Part shown: piece after piece, positions 52,175 to 63,215 of the stretch
How the letters are laid out: every line of letters begins with the position of its first letter
How positions within the stretch are numbered: the first letter of the stretch is position 1
Source: Flavobacteriales bacterium
GTDB taxonomy: Bacteria; Bacteroidota; Bacteroidia; Flavobacteriales_D; Crocinitomicaceae
Length of the DNA: 64,000 bases
NCBI GenBank assembly: GCA_947463385.1
Contig: CANHSL010000003.1
Span: 658-64,657 of the forward strand
Direction of reading: 5' to 3'
The notes under the pieces: model-generated
The model's input: only the letters and a program-made list of their open reading frames with translations
The model's database searches: none
What the model was told of the DNA's origin: nothing
Translations under genes and position numbers: made by a program

Positions 52175-52867
52175 ATGATAAAAAAAATTGTAGTTTTTTC
52201 TGGGGCCGGAATGAGTGCCGAAAGTGGCATTCAAACCTTTCGTGATCATGGCGGATTATGGGAACAATATCGGATTGAGGATGTGGCTACACCAGAAGCA
52301 TGGAATCGTGATCCTGAGCTAGTTACCCGGTTCTATAATGAACGAAGGAAAAAGATAATTGAAACAAGCCCCAATGAAGCACATCAGTTAATTCAGCATC
52401 TTGAATTAATTTATGATGTTTCAGTAATTACTCAAAACATCGATGACCTGCATGAACGGGCGGGGAGCAGTAAGGTACTTCACCTGCATGGTAATATTCG
52501 GTTCTCCAAATCAAGCGGTCCGAATCAAGAGGCTGCATACTACCCCATTGATTCATGGGAGTTAACGGAAGCTGACCGTTGTCCTGAAGGATATCGCTTA
52601 AGGCCCCATGTAGTTTGGTTTGGCGAAGCAGTCCCTTTGTTTGAAGTAGCAGAAAAACTGATTTCATCGGCAGATGTGGTTATTATTATTGGGACCTCAT
52701 TGCGCGTGTACCCAGCGGCAGGGCTAATTAATCATATCAAGGAAGACAGCAAGACCTATTTAATTGACCCGAATGCAAACAATCTAAACCTGCCTAATTG
52801 GATTGAAGCGGTAAGTGAATCGGCCGTAAAAGGCATGAAATCTCTTTACGAGAACCTTACTTCTTGA
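52175..52867 (+). CDS. cobB: Sirtuin NAD-dependent protein deacylase
   Basis: GAGMSAESGIQTFR, TQNIDDLHERAG, HLHG, RPHVVWFGE, GTS. Confidence 0.93.
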   Translation: MIKKIVVFSGAGMSAESGIQTFRDHGGLWEQYRIEDVATPEAWNRDPELVTRFYNERRKKIIETSPNEAHQLIQHLELIYDVSVITQNIDDLHERAGSSKVLHLHGNIRFSKSSGPNQEAAYYPIDSWELTEADRCPEGYRLRPHVVWFGEAVPLFEVAEKLISSADVVIIIGTSLRVYPAAGLINHIKEDSKTYLIDPNANNLNLPNWIEAVSESAVKGMKSLYENLTS

Positions 52868-53603
52868 GTTGATCCTTAATGAATAGTTCTATTGCCCCCA
52901 CCATGGAAGGTGCCTTAGGATGTGGCGCAGAAACATCGAGCCTTAAGCTATTACGCAATACAGCACTGGCCGTTGTGGCTCCAAATGCAGCAATTGCGGT
53001 CGTGTTTTGCTTGAAATCTGGAAAATTTTTGAACAGCGATTCTATACCTCCAGGACTAAAAAACACCAACATGTCATAATATACATCCTCTAAATCCGAC
53101 AAATCTGCGGCAACGGTACGATACAAAACCGCTTTCGTGAAGTTAAACTTTTGATCTGACAGCGTTTCTGGTATTGAATCTCGTAAAATATCCGTACAGG
53201 GCAACAGGTATTTTTCGTTCTTATGCTTCTTCATTACATCCGCCAATTGCTCAATGGTTTGAGTGCCATGAAAAATCTTACGTTTTCGATACGCAATAAA
53301 TTTCTGAAGATATTTTGCGACCGCTTCTGAAATACAAAAATATTTCATTGATTCGGGAACTTCGAACCTGGTTTCTTCTGCAATCCTAAAGAAATGATCT
53401 GCAGCAACTTTTGAGGTTAATATAACTGCGGTATGTTCGGAGATGTTTACTTTTTGTGCTCTGAATTCTTTAGCATCTACCCCTTCTACTTTAATAAAAG
53501 GTCGAAAATCAATTTTGATTTTATACTTATCTGCCAAGTCATAATAAGGTGACTTGTCTCCATCGGGCTTGGGTTGAGAAACCAGAATACTTTTTATAGC
53601 CAA
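52857..53603 (-). CDS. hemD: Uroporphyrinogen-III synthase (Bacteroidetes type)
   Basis: ILVSQPKP..SPY, IDFRPFI, LVFFSPGGI; DUF4271 neighbour. Confidence 0.88.
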   Translation of the reverse strand: MAIKSILVSQPKPDGDKSPYYDLADKYKIKIDFRPFIKVEGVDAKEFRAQKVNISEHTAVILTSKVAADHFFRIAEETRFEVPESMKYFCISEAVAKYLQKFIAYRKRKIFHGTQTIEQLADVMKKHKNEKYLLPCTDILRDSIPETLSDQKFNFTKAVLYRTVAADLSDLEDVYYDMLVFFSPGGIESLFKNFPDFKQNTTAIAAFGATTASAVLRNSLRLDVSAPHPKAPSMVGAIELFIKDQLKK

Positions 53604-53612
53604 AACACTAAT

Positions 53613-54263
53613 TTAATGCGTCAATAACTCCAACCAAAATGCCCCAAAAAGCTTTTTAATCAAGACTATAGGAAGCAAATACACGGTGCAAAGGTACAAA
53701 ATTATATAATACCATGAAAATCCTGATGCAGCAGCTAACAAAAAGGCGTTAACAACGCGTAATACCAATGCTAATCCCAATAACGAAAAGAAAATAATTG
53801 CCCCCCAGTCGCTGTTTGCATTAAAAACAAGAAGTGCATTTGAAATGGCTAACGAAATCCCAAAAAGAAACCAAGAAACATTACCTATACTAATGTATTG
53901 CTGGGCGATTTTCGACTTTTCATTCATACTCCAAAAAATCAAATAATCAAGATGCCAAAAAATCAAGAAAAAAAGGGCACCGATAAACCCTATAAACAAT
54001 GAAGTATTTACATAGTATGCATCTACCAAATACCAGCTAATAAAAACAAGAACTCCAATAAAGGTGTTTAGGTATAATATGGTTTTAGAAAACAGATCAA
54101 GCTGTACTCTTGATCCCAAGGTGATTTTCCTACCAGAATCCAATATAGCATAAAACAATCCCCCATAGCTCCGATAGTACGCTACCCCAAGCAAAAAAGC
54201 TTGAGAAAAAACCAAAAAAATAGCCCAATTTTCTATTAAAGGGTTCCTTAACGTTAATTCCAT
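53613..54263 (-). CDS. DUF4271-like membrane protein
   Basis: Multi-TM, C-terminal YIILYLC; upstream of hemD; ATG 54263 follows promoter box TACTTTTG (54270-54277). Confidence 0.65.
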   Translation of the reverse strand: MELTLRNPLIENWAIFLVFSQAFLLGVAYYRSYGGLFYAILDSGRKITLGSRVQLDLFSKTILYLNTFIGVLVFISWYLVDAYYVNTSLFIGFIGALFFLIFWHLDYLIFWSMNEKSKIAQQYISIGNVSWFLFGISLAISNALLVFNANSDWGAIIFFSLLGLALVLRVVNAFLLAAASGFSWYYIILYLCTVYLLPIVLIKKLFGAFWLELLTH

Positions 54264-54338
54264 TCTGAACAAAAGTAATTCTTTTAATCACGATTTCTAA
54301 ATGTCTTAATTGTATCTTTGTACCTCAAAACGAATGAA

Positions 54339-55526
54339 ATGAAAACAGATTTATACCAACATCCAGATTACTATGGACTAGATGATTTATATACTGAAGA
54401 GCACAAATTAATTCGCGATGCGGCCCGTCAGTGGGTTAAAAAAGAAGTTTCGCCAATTATTGATGAGCATTATGAAAATGCTACGTTCCCAACCCATTTA
54501 TTGCAAGGATTAGGAGAAATCGGCGCGTTTGGTCCGTATATTCCAGAACAATATGGGGGCGCCGGATTAGATCAAATATCTTATGGATTAATCATGCAAG
54601 AATTGGAGCGTTGTGATTCAGGCTTGCGCTCTACGGCTTCTGTACAAAGTTCATTGGTAATGTACCCCATTTGGAAATATGGTTCGGAAGAACAAAAAAT
54701 GAAATTTCTTCCTAAACTAGCTACCGGTGAAATGATGGGCTGTTTTGGATTAACGGAACCGGATTTTGGATCAAATCCCGGAGGGATGATTACCAACTTC
54801 AAAGAAGATGGCGACCACGTGATTCTAAATGGTGCAAAAATGTGGATATCGAATGCCCCCTTTGCTGCAATTGCGGTGGTTTGGGCAAAAGATGAAAGCG
54901 GAAGAATTCATGGGTTAATCGTAGAGCGAGGAATGGAAGGATTTTCCACGCCTGAAATGCATGGGAAATTGTCTCTTCGCGCCTCTTCTACCGGAGAATT
55001 AGTATTTGAAAATGTACGTGTACCTAAAAGCAATATTCTTCCAGGAAGGTCAGGACTTGGTGCGCCTTTAAGTTGTTTAGATTCAGCGCGATTTGGAATC
55101 GCATGGGGAGCCCTTGGCGCGGCAATGGATTGTTATGATCAAGCCGTTCGGTATTCCAAAGAACGAATTCAATTTGGCACTCCAATTGGCGGATTTCAAT
55201 TAATTCAGAAAAAATTAGCGGAAATGCTTACTGAAATAACGAAAGCGCAGTTGTTAACCTACCGATTAGGACAGTTAAGGAATGACGGTAAAGCTACCTC
55301 AGCACAGATTTCTATGGCAAAAAGAAACAATGTTGAAATTGCATTAAACATAGCCCGAGAAGCACGTCAAATTCATGGTGGAATGGGAATTACAAGTGAA
55401 TATTCTATGATGCGTCACATGGCGAATTTAGAATCTGTGGTAACTTACGAAGGAACACACGATATTCACCTGTTAATTACGGGAATGGATATTACAGGAA
55501 TTCCAGCGTTTACCCGAGAGCAATAA
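54339..55526 (+). CDS. gcdH: Acyl-CoA dehydrogenase, glutaryl-CoA dehydrogenase-like
   Basis: ELERCDSG.RS..SVQSSLV, GCFGLTEP, LESVVTYEGTHDIH. Confidence 0.85.
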   Translation: MKTDLYQHPDYYGLDDLYTEEHKLIRDAARQWVKKEVSPIIDEHYENATFPTHLLQGLGEIGAFGPYIPEQYGGAGLDQISYGLIMQELERCDSGLRSTASVQSSLVMYPIWKYGSEEQKMKFLPKLATGEMMGCFGLTEPDFGSNPGGMITNFKEDGDHVILNGAKMWISNAPFAAIAVVWAKDESGRIHGLIVERGMEGFSTPEMHGKLSLRASSTGELVFENVRVPKSNILPGRSGLGAPLSCLDSARFGIAWGALGAAMDCYDQAVRYSKERIQFGTPIGGFQLIQKKLAEMLTEITKAQLLTYRLGQLRNDGKATSAQISMAKRNNVEIALNIAREARQIHGGMGITSEYSMMRHMANLESVVTYEGTHDIHLLITGMDITGIPAFTREQ

Positions 55527-55528
55527 TA

Positions 55529-57343
55529 CTATTCAGGGATTTGATCTCCGCGCAGCCTTCTAATGGATAATCGCGCCTCTTCAGAATAAATACTTCCTGG
55601 ATATTGGTCTATTATTTTTAAATAAGATTCCATAGCGGCCGAATCGTCCCTAAAATAAACTCTTTGGATGTTGGCTAAATGAAATAATGCATCATCCGCG
55701 AGTAATTCCGTAGGATAGGTACTTATAATTTGTTTAAAGTATACGGATGCTTGTTCCCATTGCCCCTGCAACTCATACGCTTTACCCTTTAAATAAATCA
55801 AATCGTCGTTCAATACAGACTGAGGGAACTTAATCGCAATCGTATCCATCCATTGAAAAGCCTCCGTATAGCGATGTTGAAGCAGTAATAACTCACTTTT
55901 AGCAAAGGCACTCATGGCTTCATAATTACTATCCAGCCCGTAGTTCTCCAAAATCAACAATGAAAGCTGCATGGCATCATTACTAATAAACTTAGACGTA
56001 GCCTGCTTCAATACATCTAGCTGAGATTGAGCATACTCAAATTCTCCATCAAAATAGAAAATACGGGCATTCTTGAATTTAGCCTCATTCCCGATGGACT
56101 CAAACTTAAACGCCTCGTCAATTTGCATGTATAATAAAGAGGCCTCCCAAACACTGTCTAAGGCAACACACACATCTGCCAATTTCATTTTATAGCGTGC
56201 ACGCTGCATATCCGTTAGGCCGGGCGTATTCATACAACGCTCAAGAAACCCTCTGGCTTTATCGGCTTTGTTGGCATAAAAACCCAAAATCTCAGCATAT
56301 TCAAGTCCGATTTCAGCCCCCGACCGAAGTGAAAACTCTTTGTTTAGTACAACCTCTTCATACGAATTAACAATGTCGTTAAGTTCTACTTCTGTGAAGG
56401 TTCGCTCCGTGGTTAATTCCGTAAAATACACATTGAGTAACATCCGCTGGGCCTCTGCCGAACGATATAAGTTCGCGCTAATCACTTCTTTAAATGCTTG
56501 CTTTGCCAATGCATACTGCAGGTTTTCAAGACAGGTATTGCCAAAATCGATTAAATACCCCCCATCACCGCGCATGCGTTTTTCTAATGAGGAGACCTGT
56601 TGGTACGCTGAGTTAAAATTCTTATTCTGTAAAAAGAACCATATTAACATCTCGGTATACACAGGATTTGAAGGGTCTTTTTGACTAGCGGAAAGAAAAC
56701 TTCCTTTTACTTGTTTAATTTCCTCCGACTCCTTTGTAAAATCAAAAATGCCATCGATTTCCAATTGAATTTGTTCCTTAAGGTCGGGTTTTTTAGATAG
56801 GGCTAGTAAGTATTGGTCTAATGCTTTAATGGTCTCCCCTTCGGCCATGTAAATTTGACCATACCACAATTCAAATGGATAATATTTCAGGTTCTTTTTA
56901 GCTTGATCTATAACTTCTTTTGCCCACGCATATTCATCAATAGAAAGTAGATTAGATAATACGTCTTGAGTCTCCTTGATGTCATAAAACTCATGCTTAA
57001 GTACTTCGTTTTTTACTTTCTTTGCTTTATCAAGCTCTTCATTATTTTTATAAAAAAAGTAAAATTGAATTTTCAGCGATAAATCTCCCGGGTTTGCTGC
57101 GGTTTGTTTTTTAAAGACTTTTTCTGCAGCTTTTTTGTCTCCTGTATTGACTAAACAATCTAAATAACGGCTGAAATACACCTTCGACGGATCGTTTGTG
57201 TAAAGCTTCTCATAATACACCACCGCCTTTGAAAATTCACCATTAAGGTAATAATGCTGTGCTAATTGAATATCCGTTTCGGTTTGCGAATATGCAACAA
57301 AGGCAATTAAGCAACAAAGGGTACAATGGGTGAGCTTATACAC
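55529..57343 (-). CDS. Tetratricopeptide repeat protein, exported
   Basis: Signal peptide and multiple TPR-like helical repeats. Confidence 0.85.
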   Translation of the reverse strand: MYKLTHCTLCCLIAFVAYSQTETDIQLAQHYYLNGEFSKAVVYYEKLYTNDPSKVYFSRYLDCLVNTGDKKAAEKVFKKQTAANPGDLSLKIQFYFFYKNNEELDKAKKVKNEVLKHEFYDIKETQDVLSNLLSIDEYAWAKEVIDQAKKNLKYYPFELWYGQIYMAEGETIKALDQYLLALSKKPDLKEQIQLEIDGIFDFTKESEEIKQVKGSFLSASQKDPSNPVYTEMLIWFFLQNKNFNSAYQQVSSLEKRMRGDGGYLIDFGNTCLENLQYALAKQAFKEVISANLYRSAEAQRMLLNVYFTELTTERTFTEVELNDIVNSYEEVVLNKEFSLRSGAEIGLEYAEILGFYANKADKARGFLERCMNTPGLTDMQRARYKMKLADVCVALDSVWEASLLYMQIDEAFKFESIGNEAKFKNARIFYFDGEFEYAQSQLDVLKQATSKFISNDAMQLSLLILENYGLDSNYEAMSAFAKSELLLLQHRYTEAFQWMDTIAIKFPQSVLNDDLIYLKGKAYELQGQWEQASVYFKQIISTYPTELLADDALFHLANIQRVYFRDDSAAMESYLKIIDQYPGSIYSEEARLSIRRLRGDQIPE

Positions 57344-57346
57344 AAG

Positions 57347-57880
57347 TTATTTGTATTTACCTGCTAACGAATTTAACTTCGGATGTAACAACCGATACGT
57401 ATCCATTAGGGCATTGAGTTCTTTCTTTAATTCGTTTAAACGAGATTCAAGCAATGTTATATTCTTTTTCTCTGTTGCTATATATGCGTCATATCGGTCC
57501 CTCTTTCCAAAACCATTAGAAATATCCGAATGCAATTGGGAAAGACGGGTATTCTCCTGAGCAAAAGCTTGTTTAAGCGCCACATACTGTTTGTTGATCG
57601 GTCCGATTTTTTTTCTTGCTAATTTGTAGGTATCCATGTCTTTCGCATACGTACGATCGACGGAATCCAGAACAACATGTTGCTGCAAAAACAACTGCAA
57701 TTGGATCATGTTTTGACGCATCGTTGATAAGGTGTCGGGGAAACTCGATTGGAAATCCTTTGACAAGGTTGTAGCTTCTGATGTTAACTGCTCTACTGCT
57801 TTTAGCTGTTCCTTTTGTTTAAAATCTGAACAAGCGATAAGAAAGAACAAGCCACTAAGAATGACAATTAATCTTTTCAT
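57347..57880 (-). CDS. Hypothetical coiled-coil lipoprotein
   Basis: Lipobox LIAC; tight spacing in the serS operon. Confidence 0.75.
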   Translation of the reverse strand: MKRLIVILSGLFFLIACSDFKQKEQLKAVEQLTSEATTLSKDFQSSFPDTLSTMRQNMIQLQLFLQQHVVLDSVDRTYAKDMDTYKLARKKIGPINKQYVALKQAFAQENTRLSQLHSDISNGFGKRDRYDAYIATEKKNITLLESRLNELKKELNALMDTYRLLHPKLNSLAGKYK

Positions 57881-57883
57881 TGG

Positions 57884-59155
57884 TTAAATATAATCAAATC
57901 CAGTGTAGGTCTGAAGTGCTTTTGGTACAGCCACTCGTCCATCCGTTTGCTGATGATTTTCTAACAAAGCCGCCATAACTCGTGGAAGTGCTAGGGCAGA
58001 ACCATTCAAGGTGTGACAAAGCTTGGTTTTCTTATCGTGGTCTTTAAATCGCAATTTCAGGCGGTTTGCTTGAAAGGTATCAAAACGAGAAACGGAACTT
58101 ACTTCTAACCATTTTTCTTGAGCCGCGGAATACACTTCAAAATCAAAGGTCATAGCCGAAGCAAAACCCATGTCTCCACCACATAAGCGTAAAACGCGGT
58201 ATGGAAGTTCAAGTTTATCTAATAACCCTTTGACGTGTTCAACCATTTCTTCAAGTGCTCTTGCCGTATGGTCTGGATGTTCTACACGCACAATTTCTAC
58301 TTTATCAAACTGGTGCAAACGATTCAAGCCGCGGACATCCTTCCCATAGGAACCTGCTTCTCTTCTAAAACAAGGGGTGTAGCCGCATAACTTAAATGAA
58401 AACTCCGGGTGTTGAATTAATTCGTCCCGAAAAATATTGGTGAGTGGAACTTCCGCTGTTGGAATTAAGTACAAATTATCTGTTGCATCATGATACATTT
58501 GTCCTTCCTTGTCTGGTAATTGTCCGGTACCAATTCCACTTGCCTCATTAACCATTAACGGGGCTTGATACTCCTCATATCCAGCAGCAGAGGCCTCATC
58601 TAAAAAAAACGAAATTAAAGCGCGTTGTAATTTTGAGCCTTTTCCACGATAAAATGGGAACCCAGCACCTGTTACTTTTACTCCTAATTCAAAATCAATG
58701 ATTTGTTTTTCTTTACAAAGATCCCAGTGTGGTTTTGCTTGAAAATCAAACGAGGGGACTGTTCCAGACTGAAAAACAACCTGATTATCATTCAAATCTT
58801 TTCCTTTTACCACGTCTTGAAACGGGGTATTTGGGATTTGATATAACAGTTGTTGAATCGCCGTTTCCAAGGCGTCAGACTCCACTTTAAGCGTAGATTC
58901 TTGTTGTTTGAGTAAGGTGGTTTGTTGCTTCAATTCATTTCCAGCCTCGACTCTACCTTCTTTATAACATTGCCCAATCTCTTTTGCAATCCGATTTGCT
59001 TCTTCAAGCGTTCGGTCTAACTCTTGCTTAATGCCACGCCATTGAGTATCTAAAGAAAGTAATTCATTAATCGTTGATTCAGCATTAATGTTTCGTTTGG
59101 ATAAGGCAGCAATCACTTGCTCTTTATCGGTACGAATTCGGGATAATTCGAGCAT
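57884..59155 (-). CDS. serS: Serine--tRNA ligase
   Basis: LIPTAEVP, CFRREAGS, HQFDKVE, HTLNGSALA. Confidence 0.97.
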   Translation of the reverse strand: MLELSRIRTDKEQVIAALSKRNINAESTINELLSLDTQWRGIKQELDRTLEEANRIAKEIGQCYKEGRVEAGNELKQQTTLLKQQESTLKVESDALETAIQQLLYQIPNTPFQDVVKGKDLNDNQVVFQSGTVPSFDFQAKPHWDLCKEKQIIDFELGVKVTGAGFPFYRGKGSKLQRALISFFLDEASAAGYEEYQAPLMVNEASGIGTGQLPDKEGQMYHDATDNLYLIPTAEVPLTNIFRDELIQHPEFSFKLCGYTPCFRREAGSYGKDVRGLNRLHQFDKVEIVRVEHPDHTARALEEMVEHVKGLLDKLELPYRVLRLCGGDMGFASAMTFDFEVYSAAQEKWLEVSSVSRFDTFQANRLKLRFKDHDKKTKLCHTLNGSALALPRVMAALLENHQQTDGRVAVPKALQTYTGFDYI

Positions 59156-59201
59156 ACGCGTTTAAAGGATTTGAATTACAAAAATAACATGGAACATTGG
59201 T

Positions 59202-59987
59202 TTACGGAAGGGTTTGTATCATTTTTTGATACCGCTCCGCTTGATTAAGTTCCCCAATGCAGCCGTATGTCTGTTTATGCGTTCGATACGCTTCAACCCG
59301 GTTTCCTGGATCGGGATGTGTGCTTAAAATTTCTGGCGGACTTACTCCACCTTCTTTTGATATTTTCTCAAAAAACAAAGCTCCTGCATCTGAGTTATAA
59401 TGTGTTGGACACAAGTATCTAACCGAACATTCATCCGCTTCTTTTTCATGCGTTCTTGAAAAGGAAAGACCAATTAACGAACTCGTGACTTGCCGAACCA
59501 ACTCCCTATCTCCTGCAATTAGACCAATCAACGTTTGTACGCCATACATTTTTGTGAGTTGGCGGGTACTATGCCGAAGGTCTGCATGTCCCATCTCGTG
59601 CCCAAGCACCCCAGCTAACTGATCTTCTGCTTCTAAGTACTTTAGAATTCCTGTATAAATATAGATAAAGCCTCCTGGCGCACAAAATGCATTTAAGGTG
59701 GAGTCGTCCTTAATAATTCTAATTCTCCATGGGAATTCTGTTTTATAATGTACTTGACCACTATTTAATAAGGAATCCCTAATACTGTACAAATACCCAT
59801 AAATTTTTGAATATGCGGTTGAATCAAGCAACTCCATACCGCTACTGTCACTTTCGATTTCCGATCGAACTTGTTCGCCCAATGCAATATCATCTTGTAA
59901 GGTAAATAAATTAACTGCATTTTCAGCGGAACCGCATCCCATTAAGAGCGCGATGCACAAACCCATACTAATTAATCCTATTCTCAT
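59202..59987 (-). CDS. M48 family metalloprotease, lipoprotein
   Basis: NAFCAPGG, HEMGH, E.EAD-like EKEAD, STHP. Confidence 0.92.
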   Translation of the reverse strand: MRIGLISMGLCIALLMGCGSAENAVNLFTLQDDIALGEQVRSEIESDSSGMELLDSTAYSKIYGYLYSIRDSLLNSGQVHYKTEFPWRIRIIKDDSTLNAFCAPGGFIYIYTGILKYLEAEDQLAGVLGHEMGHADLRHSTRQLTKMYGVQTLIGLIAGDRELVRQVTSSLIGLSFSRTHEKEADECSVRYLCPTHYNSDAGALFFEKISKEGGVSPPEILSTHPDPGNRVEAYRTHKQTYGCIGELNQAERYQKMIQTLP

Positions 59988-60098
59988 AATACAAATTTAC
60001 TGCTTTCAGCCGTTGATAAACGCTCGATTGTTGATTATTACTTAAAACTGGGTGTTTTTATATAGTCGCATTGGCTAATTTTGACTCATAAGAACCGT

Positions 60099-60533
60099 AT
60101 GAACGTTAAAATAATTAATAAAGGAACCTGTCCATTGCCGAGCTATGAAACCATAGGTGCGGCTGGAATGGATGTTAGGGCCAACCTTTCGTCGACCGTG
60201 TATGTGTCGCCAGGAGAACGAATGCTTGTCCCTACGGGGCTGTATTTGGAAATCCCAGTAGGACTGGAATGTCAGGTTCGACCTCGAAGTGGTCTTGCAC
60301 TAAAGAAGGGAATTACGGTATTAAATACACCCGGAACAATAGACTCTGATTACAGAGGGGAAGTGGGTGTAATTCTAATGAACCTTTCTAACGAAAATTT
60401 TACCATTGAGCCGAATGATAGAATTGCCCAACTGGTATTTTGCCCGGTTATCCAAGTAACATTAATAGAAACAGACGCTCTTGAATCATCGGATCGAGGA
60501 ACCGGTGGCTTTGGTAGTACAGGAAAAAACTAA
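60099..60533 (+). CDS. dut: dUTP diphosphatase
   Basis: [39 protein letters not shown] start at 60099. Confidence 0.96.
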   Translation: MNVKIINKGTCPLPSYETIGAAGMDVRANLSSTVYVSPGERMLVPTGLYLEIPVGLECQVRPRSGLALKKGITVLNTPGTIDSDYRGEVGVILMNLSNENFTIEPNDRIAQLVFCPVIQVTLIETDALESSDRGTGGFGSTGKN

Positions 60534-60538
60534 GGTAT

Positions 60539-61549
60539 ATGAATATTATTATCCCAATGGCAGGAAGAGGCAGCCGACTAAGGCCTCACACCTTAACGGT
60601 TCCCAAACCTCTGATACCTGTTGGAGGCATTCCCATCGTTCATCGCTTGGTAGCAGATATTGCTGCCGTATGTGGGTCATCCATTGAACATATTGGATTT
60701 GTTACTGGAGACTTTGGCGAAGATACTGAACGAGAATTATGTGAAATTGCCGAATCTTTCGGTGCCAAAGGACACATCTTTCATCAATTAACCCCGCTTG
60801 GCACTGGTCACGCTGTGTTATGTGCCGCCCCTTTATTATCAGGACCTACCGTTGTTGCTTTTGCAGACACCTTGTTTCGAGCCGATTTCACCATTAGTCC
60901 ATCAGATGAGGGCATATTATGGGTAAAACGGATTCCCAATCCGGAGCAATTTGGGGTTATCAAAATGAATGAGCGCGAAGAAATAATTGATTTTGTTGAA
61001 AAACCAACAGAATTTGTTTCAGACTTAGCCATGATCGGCATTTATTATTTTAAAGATGGTCATGCGTTACATCAAGAACTCAATTATTTAGTGGACCACG
61101 CGGTTATTAAAAGCGGAGAATACCAATTGCCAGATGCCCTTAGGCGCCTCACTGAAAAAGGCACTGTGTTTAAACCTGGAGAAGTTCAAGAATGGTTAGA
61201 TTGTGGGAACAAAGTCGTTACCGTTGAAACGAATGCACGGGTGTTAGATTATGACCAGACGGATGGAAAATTAAACACTTCAGCTTCGGCATTGATCGAA
61301 CATAGCGTGCTTATTCCGCCTTGTTTTGTTGGTGACGGAGTTGTGATTTCAAATTCAGTGATTGGACCGCATGTTAGTTTGGGCGCAGGAAGTGTTGTTC
61401 AAAATTCAATCATTGCAAATAGTATTATTCAGCAGAATTCAAAAATCTCATATATAAATATAGCGGATTCCATGGTTGGAAACCATGTAACGATAAATGG
61501 GAAGTCTAACAATGTAAGCCTTGGCGATTATACGGAATGGCATGAATAA
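60539..61549 (+). CDS. Sugar-phosphate nucleotidyltransferase with C-terminal left-handed beta-helix
   Basis: IIPMAGRGSRLRPHT..PKPL, FVEKP, WLDCG, hexapeptide repeats. Confidence 0.9.
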   Translation: MNIIIPMAGRGSRLRPHTLTVPKPLIPVGGIPIVHRLVADIAAVCGSSIEHIGFVTGDFGEDTERELCEIAESFGAKGHIFHQLTPLGTGHAVLCAAPLLSGPTVVAFADTLFRADFTISPSDEGILWVKRIPNPEQFGVIKMNEREEIIDFVEKPTEFVSDLAMIGIYYFKDGHALHQELNYLVDHAVIKSGEYQLPDALRRLTEKGTVFKPGEVQEWLDCGNKVVTVETNARVLDYDQTDGKLNTSASALIEHSVLIPPCFVGDGVVISNSVIGPHVSLGAGSVVQNSIIANSIIQQNSKISYINIADSMVGNHVTINGKSNNVSLGDYTEWHE

Positions 61550-63215
61550 ACTGGTTCTTTATTTTATAATTCTCGGCTCTTTAATTGGATGCAAAACGGT
61601 GGAGACAACGAGTTCAGACGGCTCAATTCAAGTAATACAGCAATATCACGAAGGGCTTAGAGCTTATTTAAAAGGGGATTATGTCGTGGCGGAAAACATG
61701 GCGAACAGCGTGATTACTTTAAATCCGAAACATGACGGCGCGCTGTATTTACTTTCTAAAGTTTACTATGACCAAGGACGATTGGATGAATCGGCTAAAT
61801 TCTTATTAAAAGCGGGGGAAGCAGACCCTAAAAACACCTATTTGTTGTCTGAAATTGCATTTATGTATAGCAGTTTAGATAAACATAATGAGGCCGGGTT
61901 AATCTATGAAAAACTAATAAAATCAAATCCTCGAGAGATGCCCTATTATTTCGGTGGAATCGAAAATTATTTACAAGCAAAGAACTATAAGTCGGCAAGC
62001 CGTATTGTTTCGCTACAGGAATCTATCTTTGGTTCAACGATAGAAACCTACCTCAATCGGTATAAAATTTACTTGGCGCAAGATGACCAAAAAAAAGCAA
62101 TTCAACAACTCGAGGCGGGAATAACAGCTTTTCCCAATGAACCCTTGTTTTTAGCTAATTTGATTGATTTATATTTTCAGCAGAATGAACATAACAAAGC
62201 AATCCCCTTGTTGGAAAAACTGTGTGAAACGGATCCCGAAAACGGGATGGCAAAAATGGTGTTTGGTGATTACTTAATTAATACGGGTCAGAAAGAACGC
62301 GGAGAAAAATATCTAGCGGAAGCGGTTCTACTTGAGGGGCCAAGCATTGAACAAAAAGCACAGATTTTACTGGCCAAACACAAAAGTACGGGGTGTACAG
62401 AAGAAAACACGAAATTATTTAAAACATTCGCAGCGGATAATCCCAATGCGATCATCGGAAGAACATTACTGGGCGATTTATATGTTAAATGTAACCGCCC
62501 CGACCTTGCATTAACGCAATATCGAATAGCAGTAGAAATAAAACCCGATGCCTATCCGATTTGGAAACAGTTGTTATTAATAACATATAAAGAAGAACTT
62601 TGGGACACCCTCATTAATATAAGCGAATCTTGTCAAGCACTTTTTCCCGTTCAGCCGATGCCTTTTTTAACGATGGCCATAGCAAGAATTAAAAAAGGTG
62701 AACTTAATGAAGCCGAAAAAGCAATTGAAATAGGAAGCGGGCTTTTAGTAGATAACGATCCCGCTACGGAGGCCGAATTTGATTTTCAACGAGGGATTTT
62801 AGCCATAAACCGAAAACAACCGGCGTGGGCTAGATCCTGGTTTAACCATTCCATGCAATTACAGCCAGAAAATTATGAATTAAAGGCGGACATAGCGAAT
62901 GAAAGCATGGAGGCATCTGAACTTTTACCCTATGCCGATTCACTGCTGAATCAATGCATAACTATAGATCCGAGCAATGCGAAATACATGGCGATCAAGG
63001 GCCGCTTATACTATATGAAAAATGACTTGCTTTTAGCTAATTCTTGGTTAGAAAAAGCCATTATTCATGGATATCCACAAAAATTAGGTGAAGAATGGCT
63101 CGGAGATTGTGCATATCGCGCAGGCGACTTAGGAAGAGCTAAGTTATACTGGTTAAATGCGGTAAGTTTGGGCAACCAAACCGAACGACTAAAGCAAAAA
63201 CTCAAAAAGCTATGA
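61542..63215 (+). CDS. Tetratricopeptide repeat lipoprotein
   Basis: Start MNKLVL gives lipobox LIGC; multiple TPR repeats. Confidence 0.85.
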   Translation: MNKLVLYFIILGSLIGCKTVETTSSDGSIQVIQQYHEGLRAYLKGDYVVAENMANSVITLNPKHDGALYLLSKVYYDQGRLDESAKFLLKAGEADPKNTYLLSEIAFMYSSLDKHNEAGLIYEKLIKSNPREMPYYFGGIENYLQAKNYKSASRIVSLQESIFGSTIETYLNRYKIYLAQDDQKKAIQQLEAGITAFPNEPLFLANLIDLYFQQNEHNKAIPLLEKLCETDPENGMAKMVFGDYLINTGQKERGEKYLAEAVLLEGPSIEQKAQILLAKHKSTGCTEENTKLFKTFAADNPNAIIGRTLLGDLYVKCNRPDLALTQYRIAVEIKPDAYPIWKQLLLITYKEELWDTLINISESCQALFPVQPMPFLTMAIARIKKGELNEAEKAIEIGSGLLVDNDPATEAEFDFQRGILAINRKQPAWARSWFNHSMQLQPENYELKADIANESMEASELLPYADSLLNQCITIDPSNAKYMAIKGRLYYMKNDLLLANSWLEKAIIHGYPQKLGEEWLGDCAYRAGDLGRAKLYWLNAVSLGNQTERLKQKLKKL